NCBI GenBank assembly: GCA_030704615.1
Contig: CM060732.1
Location: 73,346,001-73,410,000 of the forward strand
DNA length: 64,000 bases
Reading direction: 5' to 3'
Origin: Takakia lepidozioides
Taxonomy: Eukaryota > Plantae > Bryophyta
The stretch's first letter is position 1, and the number at the start of each line of letters is the position of its first letter. Under the pieces are notes generated by a model, which saw only the letters and a program-made list of their open reading frames with translations, made no database searches and was not told the origin of the DNA. Of the stretch, positions 32,709 through 47,528 are shown one piece after another. A program made the translations under genes and the position numbers.

Positions 32709-35700
32709 CTGCCCCTCAAGTCTACTGTCTAACCAAAATCTAATCTTACAACGACAGCATCCTCTGTAAACACAGCTCCAAGAAGCTCTACCAACTGCAG
32801 CTGCAAGCAGACTATTAAAAGTAAACCAGCTCCCAAGCCTCTGTCACCATGCAGTAGACTACGACCTCATGCCCATCAATGCCTAAAGAGAGTGTGCATG
32901 CAGCGTTCCTTAAACCTCCTCAGTTGCATGAAATGCCAACTACCCACAAACTAACCGTGCATCGCATACTCCACCCCCAACCCACAACACACGTAGATCC
33001 AGATCCCGATCTCCACGCACCTCAGCGGGGATGTTCACGCAATGCAAGAGTCAATGCTGGGCTTCTGCAATGTGCCCACATTGCAACTTCCAGTTCCCGC
33101 ACCTCACAGACTGATCGCCGACCTCCACCAGATCATGCAAACGGAAGAGACAGTCAAGATAGGAGCGGTGTGCAGGAATGTCGTGCACAGCATGGCATCG
33201 TGGATGTGGAGAAGTGCTGGCATGCCTGCGCAACGGGCAAGGAGCCGTTGCTGATCTTATGCGCTTTCTCGTACCCCCAGGCTGCCCCGCTCTTCTCCTG
33301 CTCGTCTCCCTTCCCTCCTCTCGATCTCTGCCATGTGCGAGTCTTCGCCCACATCACGACAAACGTGTCTCTGTAGCCTTCCCTTCTTTCTTCTCAGCGC
33401 CCTCGTGTCACCCTCACATCTTCTTTACTTTTCCTGTTTTTTACCCATTCCTTTTCTGGGGTTTCTTTGCAATTTTCCCATTCCTTTTCCGTGGGTTTTC
33501 TTTGTAAAGTTTGGAATCATCCCACCGAATTTGCGCAAATCCACACCGGTTTGATTCTTCAACACCGACAATTGCGAACCATGTTTTGGGGCGGATGGAT
33601 GGATGGTTCGTTGCACAAGTGTTTATCCAGCTGTAAACAGCTGCAGATTACTACCCAACAAACAGAATCGCGCAATTGCGCGAGGCGACCGCGCAATTGT
33701 TGGTATAGTGAGATGCGCCAGCTATTTCTCACAAGGCCGCACCGATTTTTCAGCGCTGAAATGTCTAATGGCACATTCTGGGCTTGACTAGTGTGAAGTA
33801 TGATCGGCCGGACTGCTTATATGTATGTTGGGACTGCAAATAGTGAGAGCGTCGTGGTTGGCGCTTGCTGTTTATTACTGAACCTAGAAGGAGAACTTTT
33901 TTTTTACAAGTTCATATCATTACCAGCTAGCTTGGTATATATTCGTTCACAGTTATTTTTAGGCAGTGATTTGATTAGTTTTGCGACCGAATATGCGTAA
34001 TATATTACAATGGGTGCATAGCACGGAATCAGCAGCAGCAGCTGTTCCGGGTCGAAAACAACCCTTTGACAGGTTGGATGTTGATGACAACAAAGACAAT
34101 GGTGTTCCTCCATACCCATTGAATTGGATTTTTCTTCCCTCTACAAATTACTTGATATGTGGGTAGGAGGGTAGGGGTTGATGTTTGGATGGAAAGTTGC
34201 AGTGGTTGTGAATAACAACAAGGGGCCCGCATGCACCTCCACCGACATAAAGGTATACCCAACACATGATGCACACTCAAGCCTCATGATTGAGCTTCAA
34301 GGGGAGGGGCCAACACTGCACCCAGAAAGGGGAAGTGGTCCCTCCCTACCCTCTCAATCACCCAACTGTCCTCTTGTGTAGAGGATGATGTCCTTTCTCT
34401 TTCTTTTCCCGGGGATATGGGGGGTTTCTTTCTTCCCTGGTTGCTGAAAATCCCTTGGGCTGATTGAGGAGCCTGATCATAATGATGCTCCCACAAGATG
34501 CTTTCTAAAGGTGCCTCAACATTTTAATAATAGACCGAATATAGCTGGTAGCATAGCTGTGACACTCATGTTCCAGGCTTGTGTGTTCAGTTTGGGTGTG
34601 GGGCCAAGCCATCTGATTATTGCATGGAATGATGTGCAATGTTGGCTGGAGGAAAGAAGCCTTATAAAAGTGTCTTGTCTAATACTCTCAATGTTCATCC
34701 CACATGGATGGCATTACTGCATCTCCTTGCTCTTAAAATATGTGAAAGAATGTCATCCACGTTGAACATAAAAGTCAGCTTTCATACATTGGCAGGCTCA
34801 TGACACTCCGAAGAATGCTAAGACTGCTGGAAATATGTCCCCTTTCCCATCCTTTGATTTTTGTTGCCGCACACAGCAAGCTATGCAATCATCTTTCATC
34901 CATGCAAGATTGTAAGATACATGAAGGACACCATGTATTGGGAAAAATCCAAAAGCAATCAGCAGAACATCACAATTCAGTCTTTTTGAAGTTCCTTGAA
35001 TTCCACAATGTGCTTTTGTTGTGGTGTTACTATAAGGTCATTAAATCTAGAATAATTTTCACACAATCCTTACAAGTGGTAAACTTGCAAAAGAGAACTT
35101 GACTAAGTAGAAGAGAGAGAGAAAGACAAACACAGTACTAGCTTCTACCTTCCCTAAGGGATATGCAGAACCTGTTACCATATGATATGATCGAGAGTCA
35201 CTTTCAGACCCATAAAGGAGGCCCGTACTACAGAACCAACTACCCGTGTCCAAACTCCACAGTTAAATTCTACTTGCATGTACACCCTTTACAATAAGGT
35301 CGGAATTTTATCACTGGTAACCATGTACCGTAATGACTGCTTGCTTTGTTAGGAGCTAAACACTTTCAGTTCCAGGTTGCACACACCCTTGGTTTCCACC
35401 TATAGTTTTCTACTTGTCTCATATGAAGATGCCAAAACTTCAAAACTAGTAAATTGACTGTCAGTGCGAAAGTCTTACTCACATCTAACTTCACCTTCCA
35501 GGCAGCTAAGATGGTCAGCTATGATTTCAATGGATCTATTACAGGCTGTTCTCCACTTTGGCTCTTGATAGAAAAAGACAAGGGACGATTCTGTACCATT
35601 TCCCCAATGAGTGTGCAGTCAAATCTGGAAAATCTGCTTGTGCTGTCCAGCTTGAGGTCACCCAGGAAAAGTGAAACCCAGCTCTGATCATAATTAGTTG

Positions 35701-35748
35701 ATAGCAACAGTTTCCCTTCAGGAGAGCTTTTCTTACTCATGGAATGTT

Positions 35749-37605
35749 TCAGGAGGGCATGCTTGACTGAGAGTCCCCAGCATGTGGCAAGGAATTTCCA
35801 CCTGGACTGGGCAGGTTTTCTCGTTCCTCAACACATCTGGTGAGCTGGGAGATGGAGGCATGCGATGCTGCCGATGCACTATGGTAGGTGGAGACAGCTA
35901 ATTGAGCAAAAGAAGGTAGTGCCCCTCCTAAAACAGGGCACACAATCACAAGTTAAGCATCTTCCAACCAGCGCTTGCTGAGGTACAATGGATTCTGTCA
36001 ATGAATGGGAGAGGTCCCCTAATCACCTGCTGCTTACTGCAACAGACCCTGCTACATTCTCTCTACCATGCTCTGATACAGCAGGTCCACTTTATAGAAC
36101 AATGTACTGAGTGGAGTGAGACGTACCAGCCAACCCTGCGCAGCCTACTGAGAAGAGTATCACTGGTGGAAGCTGCAATACACCAACATCAACTAGGCTC
36201 AGCAACCCTCCAATGAAAGCATTTGAAGCAACATGCTCTATAGATACACATGCCAAATTCACAGAATGTATAACTGTAAGCGCTCACCCCCACAAGAAAC
36301 TGTAACCAGATGGGCCCTCCAACGCGCTTCTTAACATGTGGCATCACTGCAACAGACAGACTGTCTTAGGATCACCATTTCACTCAGTTTCTAGGCGTCC
36401 AATGCAGGTCCATAGATCTCAGTTTGCCACTGGACAGTTCACAAACAAAAAAGTTAAGTGTCTACTTAAGGAGCCCATGAGCTGCTCAGATTAAGCAGCG
36501 AAAAACAAGTCTCCCATCAAAACTTTGAATTTTCCATGGCTACAAATGCAAACTTGCGCAAAACACTGCATATGGATATCCAACACCAACCATTTCCTAT
36601 CTGCTACAGAATGTCACAGAAAGTTGGAATGGGGCGAAGGGGACAGTTAACCAACAACATTCAACGCTATACAACAACAGTGACTAAGGCCTGGAATTTG
36701 CAGAAAACATTTTGGGACTAAGAAAGAGTTAAAACCAGGCACCTACCAGCATTGAAACTGTAAAATCCGCTGATACTGCCTGCCGCTGCAGTACCAACCT
36801 GAAAAGATGCAAACAGTTCTAATATTTCACAAACCCAAAAAGTGCCGGCTACAATTCATCATCATTCAACCTATTTAAAGACTGTGCTGGGAACCCCATG
36901 CATTTGCAACAGAAGATACCAAAGGATGCTCGACAACTTTTCAGCAAGTAGAGACCTAAGAGTTTTCACAGGAACATGCTGAGTCCCGAATAAAAAATGT
37001 GGGTGTTAGAAGCCAAATGCACATTTGATATATGCTTCACAAAGAACAGTGCTCCATTCTCCTACACACCATCAGTTTTAGTGAAAGCGTTGAGATGCCC
37101 CCAAGCCCTTGCATCCATGAATATCCTTGGTATCTTAATACGAAGTTGAAGACCCCATCGTGTGCGACTGTTCCCAAAGACGTACTCAGGAACTGGGAAA
37201 GGGAAAACGCCCAATACCATGGCAAAGCTGTCGCGCACAAAAGGTGCAATCGTCCACCCGGCTGCTTCCTACAAGATCAAAGTGGGTGTGAAAGACATGC
37301 AAAGACCAATGCATGAAACATGCACGCATAATATACCTCATTTGGAAGGAAGCTACCACTTTCAAGGTAGAAGGGATTGGAAAATTCCAAAGCGTGAGAG
37401 AGAGTGAGTCCGAGAGTACCAAATCTTTTGAAAGGGGAGCGGCACAGCGGGGGCATCGGGGAGATCCTACCCCAGGGTGCAAGGTAGGCGCGTAATAAAG
37501 CGATCCCGAACCCTTAGATGCCTCCATGGCCTCTCTGGATCCCAAGGTAGTAGGCGCATGACCAACAAAACCCTTGGGTGCCTCGGTAGCTACTCTGGAT
37601 TCCAT
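35749..37605 (-). CDS. Conserved plant uncharacterised membrane protein, 6 exons
   Basis: Spliced reading: ..PRCPRCAAPLSKDL|EAAGWTIAPFVRDSFAM|VGTAAAGSISGFYSFNA|..GGPIWLQFLVG|LPPVILFSVGCAGLA|GALPSFAQLAVSTYH..; canonical splice sites. Confidence 0.75.
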
Positions 37606-38361
37606 GTTGGGCTGCTCCCTTTGCCACCATAACACAGTCCTTTGATGCGATTATCTGGCTACTGGCGCAGTACCCACATCCTCACCGCTGCTGGAATGCA
37701 CCGCTAAACTCTTGAAGTGCAAACTCTCAACACGATTCATCCATGTAGACGACGACGTTTACAGGCAGACGACGTTTACGTCCGTCGCTAAGGCCTGGCA
37801 CCAGACGTGAAATCCACAGACAATTTCGAGCTACGATGCATGAAGATGGCACAGAGAAAGTAGATCTACGCAGGCAAGCTTGCAGATTACCTATTACATC
37901 TCGAAGGTCCTAGTTGCTGCAATGAATTTCTGTTCCTCGGGACAAACTTATGGTGTCAGAGACGGAGGTGGGGTGGTCTACATGTGCGCGGCAGGAGAGG
38001 AAGCAATGGCTGCGGGAATTGCCACTCCCTGTTTGGAGTGCCTGCAAACGGGAGACAAGACCGCGGGTGTTGCACGCAGCAGGCAGCCTTAACACGGTGT
38101 CTTTTAGAAAGGAAGAAAGAAGGGGTTGCCGGAAGCACGAGGAGCATATAAGACAAGAAGAAGGATAGAGGAGGGGGGAAAGATAAGAAGGGGGCATTGG
38201 GTACCACACTCGGGAGACGAATTGCTGCTGGGAGGGTGTTTCTCTCGACGGCTCCTGCTTCGTGTTGTCGAAGGTCACTGACATATCGTGATAGAGTCTG
38301 ATGGGCAATCAGAGAGAGGTCTTCTTGTCGTTGTGAATGGTGGGATGAGCTCGTATCATTC

Positions 38362-41300
38362 ATGGATTGCAAAGCCGCTGACTTGAGCAGCTACAGTGGT
38401 CGAAAGGCTCGAGTGGTTCGATTGCGGCTTCGACCCTCATATTACGTAGTTCCTGTGATTCGTTCTCTCCGGATTATATTTGTGTGTGTCTGTGCACTGT
38501 CTCTTGTAGCTGGCCTCCTCCTTTTCTTGCGTGTGTCAGCGCCAGTGTTGGAAAATCCTTTCTTCTCTGAGGACTTGCAAACGAGAGAATTCTTTCTCAA
38601 GCACAGCAGTTCATCACTTCTTGACAGAAGTGTAATCATACAGCAAGGGACTGCCTCTGCATTGGGTACCCCTGACAATGCCACTGCGTGGCACTTGGTT
38701 GGTGCACATGGTTCCTCAAGGATTCACGAAAGTGCTACAGATGTCCAAACAATCAAAAGCATTTCGCCAAAAAAACAGGCTGACAAGCCTGTTGTATCGA
38801 GAATCGGTTTTGGATCATGCACATCGCGAGTAGCTGGGAAGCAACCGATTTGGAATGACAGTGTCATTCCGAGCGATATTCAGGCCTGGATTTGGTGCGT
38901 CTACGATTCAACTGTTTTGAAATAGTTCATTATGCTGTTGAGAGTTTATCATGCCGTACCTATGTTATTAATGGATTACTTTGAGCGTCACAGCATCGTA
39001 TGACGAGGTGTGTGGTTCAGTTGAAGATCCAAAATTCACCAATTTCTTCATTTAGAGACTGCTTTCATAAGACAAATCCAGGAGGGAATGACACCAAAGG
39101 GTTTTGCTGTCCTTGTTCATACATTTGTTCAGAGTGTCATGAACTCTTGCATACAAATATTGACAGATCACAGACATTTATTCCATTTGTTCCATCAGTC
39201 CTACTTGTTGTGTGGTTCATGCCCAACTCAAACTGCACTAATGACTTCGTCCTCTTGTATAAATGATTTAAGACTGTACTTCATATATGGTCTGTGTCGG
39301 TCGTGAAAGTTTGAGATTAAACCCTGAGCCCTGGCTTGCTTACTGTAAGCTGGAAAGTAGAATTTTTGGCTCGCCTGGCAAGCGGTTGATGCAGTTAGTA
39401 TTTTTCAATTGCATTCCCAGCTGCTGGCACTCGCAATTTTATTTTCTCTTATTGAGGTGCTAGCCCTCTTCCTGTCTTCAAATCTCCATTAACATAATTG
39501 AAAGCATCTTGTCCTTATGCTTCTGATGTGAACCAGTAGAAAATCTTGACCTAAAGCTTTTGCTGTCAGTATGTGAAAAATCTCGATCTTAAGCTTGTGT
39601 TCTATTAAACAGCTCGAGTATCCCCTTGCATTAGCCACCCGCAAGATGGGTGCCAGTCAAAGTCTGCCTTTATCATCAAGTAGCTGCACAGCCATGAACA
39701 GCAGCGTGGCTCCCTTGCAGGTAAGCTTCTGGATGGTGCTGGTCAAAACTTGTAGAGTATGGAAATCAAATATCATCCTAACTGTATCACGGTTCACGAA
39801 ACCTGTACATGGCATATGTGGCGACTAATTGGATCTACAGTGGCTACAGTACTAACTGCATATAGCATTTCTCTTCATTTCTCTGAAAGCTTTGTAGAAG
39901 GTGGTTCCTCACACCATAGAGATGTGATGCAGGGCCGGTGACATCGCATATATGGATTGGCCGGATGTCAGATGTGCTGAGCAGTCCTCTCACCCCTATT
40001 GCAACTGCACACAGAACTGGCTTCACAGCAACCAGGACTCGTGCTTAGCAGGTTTGGTAGCATTTGTATTGATTGCTTCTTCAGTTCAAAACTTGAATAC
40101 TTTTCATGGTATGTTTGGGTGTGCCAGTAACTTGGTTGCCAGCAGCTTGCCTACCATGTCAAAGATCTACAATAAAAACCACCCTTGTAGATGCAGTGGC
40201 GCATGCTTTTGAGAAAAGTTCATTTTTCCCAAATCACTTCAGTTTCAGATTTTGACCAAACATACTGAAAGAACGGTCCATGCCCATTAAGGGTAGACGT
40301 CAGCTTCTACATGATCAGCTTTCCAAGGGCAGAGCTGCCTCCTTGTTATGGAGACAACATGGAAAAGTAGCAATCTCAGTAACTGCAATCACTGTGGATG
40401 ACACTACTGCCCCTTGCAGGTCCTTCCGAGTCCGAATTCAGTTTGGACTATATTGGAGGATGGCTGTGGCTGCAACCTTGCCTTGAAATGCAACTCAGAA
40501 CCCTAATTTCCAATAGTGCTCTCCCCAAATGGCCTGTGTTCTCTCTGGGTATCACTGGTGAGCCTGTTGTGATTGAAAACTGACAGGTGATATTGCACAT
40601 GCGAGCCTTAAATTGCAAGAACAGCTAGACAACACTGATTATGCAAAGGTAAAAAATACTTTCAGCTTTTTCTTTTTCATTGCCATGTAAAGTTAAAATT
40701 GGCATGAGGCATGTGGACTGCTCCTGCTTGAGTGTAATATGACTGACCTTTTTTCTTGGCAGGCAAAGGCCATACATATGGTCAAAGTTGCTCATTGACC
40801 ACTCAATTGGAAATGGCCACATGTTATGTGGAACTATACCAGTTGCTACTTAAATAATACCTGCACTGGGTGGGGCAGTTTGTGGGCTTTATGTGTCCTA
40901 AGAGGGAGGACCTGGCTGGTGTTCCTGATCTAGCACTGTGTGACAGGCCCATCTTTGGCACATGGGACGACCATGACTACAATTGGTCAGTTCTCTCTCA
41001 TCTTGTCGCCCTTTCCTGAATGATGGTTATCTCCTGTTTTAAGTGAGGATTCCTTTACGTGCAAGATTTTGTGCGAGTGTCAATTGTGAAATACTTCACA
41101 CTGGATGATACCTAGATGACACTGGCAACGAACCAAAATGTCACACCTCTGGAGTGCAAAAGCTATAACAAGCTATTATGGTTAGTATCTAAGTGAAATC
41201 CAACCAAAGAGAGTACCCGATAAGGTGGCATTCCTTGGATGACAACATCCGGACGGTACGTACATGCTACAAATCTGCGCTGCCATGATGTCAGTGCCAA

Positions 41301-44300
41301 AACCAACAAACTTCCTTCCTCAGGTGGATGCTAGAAGTTTGCGGGAACTTGCTTGCAATGCCCAATATACTGGTACAAGAGGGTCCGTATGAAATTAACA
41401 GTGTCTTGATAGTTAAAGAGAATTGAAGATATGAGGCCTGTGGTGTTCAATCAGGCAGGATGGTGATAAACGATTGCCGACTAAAGAAGAGCAGACGCAC
41501 CTATTTCTTGATGCCTTTGGAGTTCCTACCAACAGCCCCCGTCGCCAGAAAGGTCGAGGCATACATTGGAAGGTAAGGGAATGCCCCTGTATGGGCTTTG
41601 CTCAATTTTATTTTAAATTGCAGTCTTCAGAGCAATTGATGCCTAGACGGTGACTGTAAGTGGCCTCGATTTCCACAGACGTTTTATAACAAGCTAGGCT
41701 TTGTGAGGGTTATTCAGCCTCACCAAGTCAATTTTGACTGTTGATGAGGATCTATTGTATGGCGTGCAGCATACACTGAATGAGGGCATTGCTGGCAAAG
41801 AAATTGATGTGCTACTTCTGGATGAACGCTTCCATCGTGACACCAAGCCCTGTGAAGTCCGCCGGAGTTTTTGTAATCTGACACGTCCTACAAAGAGCAA
41901 GTACATCTGGTATACTTCGGGCCCGCCATAACCAATGTTACTAAAAAAATTGCAACCCCAACTTTTGAGTACATAAATTGAAGTGAGGAAGAGAAGGGGT
42001 ACCATCTGTCCTGTATGGTTGTTAATGTGCTCTTCGCTTATATTTCCTAGATAAGTTTTTTCCATCTACTACTCTGTCCATTTTTTATCTGTCTGAAGTC
42101 TTTTCACCCCTAAAAATTAGTTCAGGACTGTTGAGAAGGAAGTACAGCTGTTAGAAAATAATCCTCAAAACCAATTCAGTATGAACTATCCCACTAGGAG
42201 AATGCTCTCCCTTGACAATCCAGCATTTGTTAATCACTAAAAGACCTTTTTTTCTCCAAATATATGCAGGTGCCAAGACTTTCTACATGGTGGTGCTGAT
42301 GGGAAGGGATCTTGCTGCAAGAAAGATGAGCAAATTTGGGCAGGTGCTCATTCTCCTTCTGTTCTTCAGCAACTGTTGAGTCTGCTTGAAGGAAATTATA
42401 TCCTGTCCAACATGTCTTTAGGCGAAAGGAGATAATGCTAAATTTATGAGACCTGGCAGATATTGACCCACCTCTTAATCTCTTAAAGAAAAAACATTAA
42501 GAGATTAAGAGATTAATCTCTGGACAATTGTAAGAAACTATGATATGTATGTCACCAAGGTCGGTGTGCATGCAGGATGGTGCAAAATGAATGAGAGCCG
42601 GGCCAATGCTCTTTGGGAATCCGTTTGCAATCCAAAAGCCCCTTCCTACGGGTCAGCAGATCTTGCTATAGATCCAGCTACCAATCACCCAATTTTGCGG
42701 ACATTGGCAATGAATGGCACGAGTGGTGATGACTCTACATTCGATGAAGGGGTCCTTTGTGAGGTATATCACTGTTAATGTGTTTATGAAGTTTCTCATT
42801 TGATTTCATGTATGAAAAGCAGGATGGGCAGGATCTTTGTGACACTTTGGTCCAGTTTCTTGAGCATCTATATGGTAAATGATTGCTACTGGCAGGGCTC
42901 TCTGTAGTGATGCCCCTCAACCTGACAGAGGCTCTCAGTAAGCCTTGGGCACAGAGCATGTCGTGATTGTTTAGAGCTCCCTCGTTCATGTTTTTTTTCT
43001 TTCAGTTCTTCTGGATTAATGTCATGAGAAAAGTCTGTTGATCAATTGTGATTTGTGCATGTTTTGGTTAAGGTATTAGGTCCTGCACAAAGAACTTGGC
43101 TGCAAAAAGAGTTGCACAAATCCAGGGCAGCCTTGAAGCTGGTTGTTTCTGGTTCTCCTCTCATCAACAATCCAGCAAATTTCGTAAGTTTCTCATCTGT
43201 TGGAATGAGAGGTTGTAACATATTGTGATGGTGGAAACCCTGCTCTATCTGGATTTGGTGTTCGAACGTGCTTTGGATTGCCACTCCTTCCGTTTCTTTC
43301 ACCCCACTCCACCCTACCCTACCCCTTTTGGTTTGATAATGTTTTGTACATGGGGAGACCCATACTCATGGGATCGGGGCGGACAAATGGGGAGCACAGT
43401 TGTGCAGCAAAGCTAGGCGGAGAAGAGCACCAGCATTTTGCAGATGCTTTGACAATTTTGATTGTTTCCAACCTGCCCAACAAAACTTGCTGCACACAGT
43501 TGCCAGTGCCCCAGGTTGTGTGGTAGTCCTGACTGGTGACTTCCACTTCTCCGATATCAAGGTATTGTCTATGGTGGCAGCATGTATATGCTATCATCTT
43601 TCACATTTCTCTTAAAGGTCTCTGGATCCTTAGACTTGCTCACTCATTTATGGGGTAATTATTTCTAAGAGCCATAGGCTTGCAAGCATGTTAGTCCTCC
43701 TGTGAGAAGTTAGGATGTACAGTATGCAAACAATGATCTCAAGTTGGCTGAAAGAGATGAACTAAGTGCATCACGATGTGAGTAAAAAAGTGCGAGTCCT
43801 GTTTTCTAAGATCAATTTGCTGTTACTTTCTAGCTGGGACATACTAAAAGGGAGTGTCACTACAGGACAACCCAGTGATCCTCTCTGGAATTGGCGCATG
43901 TAGGCCCTGCAGCCAGGAAAGCACAAATACAGTGAATACTATGACACCACTGATTTGACTCGACCTGTTTTTCAGGTTCTCCTTACCACCCTTCCCCCAC
44001 CTGGAACAACTCAGGAAAGAGGACTGTGTGGTAACTTAACATATCAGTGGGGAGTTATAACAGCTCACTTCCGTTTTAGATTATAGTTGGTTTGCCTCGT
44101 ACCCTTAGATTGACTCTCAATGTCATGAGATAGGTCTGTTTCCTCTTTCTATTGCTTGTTTCTTCCTTTCATCTTTCCTCAATGTTTTGTTCTGGTGCTG
44201 TGTTTTCATCTTTGAAAGCTCATCTTTACCTCAGACATGTCTATCTCATTTCAGATTTTGATTAGCTCTCAAATGTCTTTTCAGCTATAAATTATTTACC

Positions 44301-45418
44301 CTTACCCGGAGGATGAAAAATCTTCTAATTTACAACTGAGTTGTGTAATGAGTTATTAGCAAAAGCTTCACCTGTTTTGCTGTGGGGCATAGTTTTCTAA
44401 TCATATTTTGTATAGAACAAGGGCCAAACATCCTCTGGCCATATAGACCTTGATGCCTCAAAAGTGTCAATGTAAGGTCCAAGGTGTGCAATGTGACTGT
44501 CCAAAAATTAGGCTGAGAGACCGATGCAAGTGTATTAGGTTGATGGTCTTACATGTGAGAGCTGTTGTTACATTGAACACAGGTCATGGCAAGTGGCCTT
44601 ACAACTGACACTGCACAACCTGCGCCTTGTGATGGTCAGTAAAACCAAGCCACCAGTTCATATTGATCTTTGAGAATCCTTCATCTAGGTGGCTGTGTCA
44701 ACACCTATACATAGATCAGTGTGCCTTTACAAACAAGCTTTCAGACTGATTGGCTCTCCCTTAAGGCACTACTATCTTACTCTTATTGGACACAAGACCA
44801 ATGTCTGAAGGGCCAAACTTGATGACAAGTGTGCATGCATGTATCCAATGTCTGTTCTCTCTTCTGTCTTACTGGTTATGGGTAGCCTGTCTCATGCCAG
44901 TGCCTCCTTGGAAGCAGGTTTTCGCGTTGATCAAGTTGGTCTGAGACCAAATGGCGCGTGTGACTTTGTATCAGGGCCTTCATTTGGCATGATTGAGGTA
45001 CTGAAGTCTTTGCAATAGAAATTAGAGTTGTGTAATGTCAAAAGTCGCATACTCAAACGTATCTGATACATTTTGTGGATGTCACCCTCCACTTGTTCAT
45101 TGGAAGACTTGTGCAGGATTCTCTTACTTGGGGACCTGGAACTCGCTGGTCGCTGGTTGAGTCGGCTTGTGCACTAAGTAGTATTGCATTTGTGGAGAGT
45201 TTTTGTAATCCAGAGTCCACAAGTGACTTCACATCAACAATATAGTTGCACAAACTTGCTTCCAAATCTGGGAAACTTACAAAACATTGTTGCTCTTGAT
45301 GGTCTTGCAGATAGAGTGGGGCTTGTCTCCACCAGTGGCCAAGCTGCAAATACGTGGTGATGCAGGACGAGTTCTGTTAGAGAGTAGGCTGTCCTTGGAT
45401 ACTTGCCTGCCCTTGTAA
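38362..45418 (+). CDS. PhoD-like alkaline phosphatase/phosphodiesterase with N-terminal TM anchor, multi-exon
   Basis: IGFGSC, W|AGDIAYMD, GTWDDHDY, LLDERFHR, VLGPAQRTWL, LTGDFH, SFGMIE|IEWG...L* (TAA ends at 45418). Some internal exons are unresolved. Confidence 0.85.
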
Positions 45419-47024
45419 CTGACTCCCTTTGCAGGGAGCATTGCATGGGACCACAGTCAACTAGATAATCCCTTGTCTTCTCATGATCTCCAACAACCAT
45501 CTTCTGTGTCAGCATTGTCAGCAAAGATTGAACAAGTTTTCAATGCAGGAAGTAAATGTCAGTGCCTTCCATATTATCTATGCCCACTAAGTTAAATAGA
45601 GTGAACCCCAAACCACAGTGGCAGAGAGAATACGAGAGGCGCTTGTATGGTTCAAAAATCTGTTCATCAGAGGTATTGGGATTGTTGCCAAGAACTAAAA
45701 TTATTATCTACAAGTCATTCAAAGCTTCCATAAATACGGAGTGAGCTTCGTTGGTCCAGAGCCTTTTTCTCAAACAGTCGGTATGAAGTTTGGTACCAGT
45801 CAACAGAGACACTTCAGTTTTCTGATGTCGATTTGCTGTAGGGGGATGCTTCTGGACCCCCTTCCTTTCTATGATGTCTGGGTCACGCTTTCTAGGAAGT
45901 CACCCTGCCATGCGCCGCATCTCCTCTGGAAAGCTGGGGGCGAGTAGCCGCAGGTTTATCACGCCCATTTTGTCAACTAGCTGCAGTCCGTATCCAACTC
46001 CTCGATTGAGGTGGTTGGCAGAGGTTGTAGCGGCAACCACGATACTTGCGGGCCCCAAGGCTGCAGTCAGTGGGACTGGTGCCTGGGTCCCAATTTCTCC
46101 AGCTTTGGCACATCTTTCATGGAAGATACATCAAGACCAGTCGCAAAATTGGAGTGTCTCGAGTCTCGAGTTGAATGTGCCCACCTAATGTACCTACATG
46201 TGAATTTCTAGAGAAGCAGCATCAAACCTGCTGCCGTTGCCTACCTACCTGTGTGGCTGCAGTTGTTTCTGAGATGGGCCCATCAGGAACGAGAAGCGAA
46301 ACGCAGTGCCGGCACTCTGACAGCCGTCCTGCGATCCGGACGAATGGGTGCTTCTTGTGACCTCCTCTTTACTTCGGGAGGCTAAACCGGGTTAGCTTTT
46401 CCTGATCGCCCGCTCTACTTGACCGTCGGCACTCGGAAGGACGCGCAACCCGCAGGTCTCTATCTAAACACTCATCTCCAGAGACTTTCAGAGTGTATGT
46501 CACACGGATTCCTGCGATTGATTTCTCTGTCCCTCTCTCTTTCCGGAGCGCTCTGGGTGTTCCTCTCTGCTGAGGAATAGCGTACGAATAAGATAGCCAA
46601 GGCAGTGGACTATTGGAATTTGAGGTGAGTTTCCGCTGCGCTTCTAATTGTCTTTCAATTGACTCACTCGAGTTCTTGTTTTGTGATGTCTGGACATCGT
46701 GCCTGAGCGTCTCGACTGTGGGAAGTAAGTGCTTGGGTCTCAGTACTGGGTGCCCCCTTATGCCTTCCTTTCAAATTGAAGATCACTGTTCGGAGCCACT
46801 CACTTCTGTGAGTGCTTTGCCTTCTGTGACGGTGGTATCTTCGCAGCGTATCACACAGACTCAGCTTCAATAGTTATTCTGGTTCTACAGCAGGAGTGTA
46901 CTTATTGAACAATTTCCTCTGTGTGTTTGCTTGCAGCAGTACTCTTCACGAGCTTTTAGAAAATCCGAGGTGGTTGATTCTTTGGACTCACACGTCGCTC
47001 GGGCTTTGGTAGACGCATTCAACA

Positions 47025-47528
47025 ATGTGCTACGGGTCGGGGAATCAAGCACCGGATGCCAGAGAAGATGTGGCCCTTATGAAAGAAGCGTTTGATTTTC
47101 TCGACAAGGACGGTGATGGAAACATTGTGGCGTCGGATTTATCGGCCTTCTTGAAGACTTATGTAGACAGCAATGTGAGTGCAGAGGAGATCAACCGCAT
47201 GATAAGCGTTGCAGATCGTGATGGGGATGGCAGTGTACAGTTTGAAGAGTTCTCCAGTCTTTTGCAGTGTCAATTAGTTGGGCGGGGCAAAACAGAGAGC
47301 TTCTCCAACATGGGAAACAAGGCGTTGAAGGATATGTTCAATATGCTGGACAGGAACGGGGATGGAGTGATATGTCTGGATGATCTCAAGAACGTGATGG
47401 GCACACTCGGACACTCTCTCACACCAGATGATCTGCATGCCATGGTGGAAACTGCCAGCGGCTCCGGCCACCCCCACGTTTCATACCAGGATTTCCTCCA
47501 TCTCATGAATTCTACCTGGAGATTGTAG
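47025..47528 (+). CDS. Calmodulin-like EF-hand protein
   Basis: EF loops DKDGDGNIVASD, DRDGDGSVQFEE, DRNGDGVICLDD; fourth hand degenerate. Confidence 0.9.
   Translation: MCYGSGNQAPDAREDVALMKEAFDFLDKDGDGNIVASDLSAFLKTYVDSNVSAEEINRMISVADRDGDGSVQFEEFSSLLQCQLVGRGKTESFSNMGNKALKDMFNMLDRNGDGVICLDDLKNVMGTLGHSLTPDDLHAMVETASGSGHPHVSYQDFLHLMNSTWRL

Noticed and set aside
42473-42520. 14-bp inverted repeat in a PhoD intron
   Set aside because: Low-complexity TTAAGAGA units, too short to interpret.
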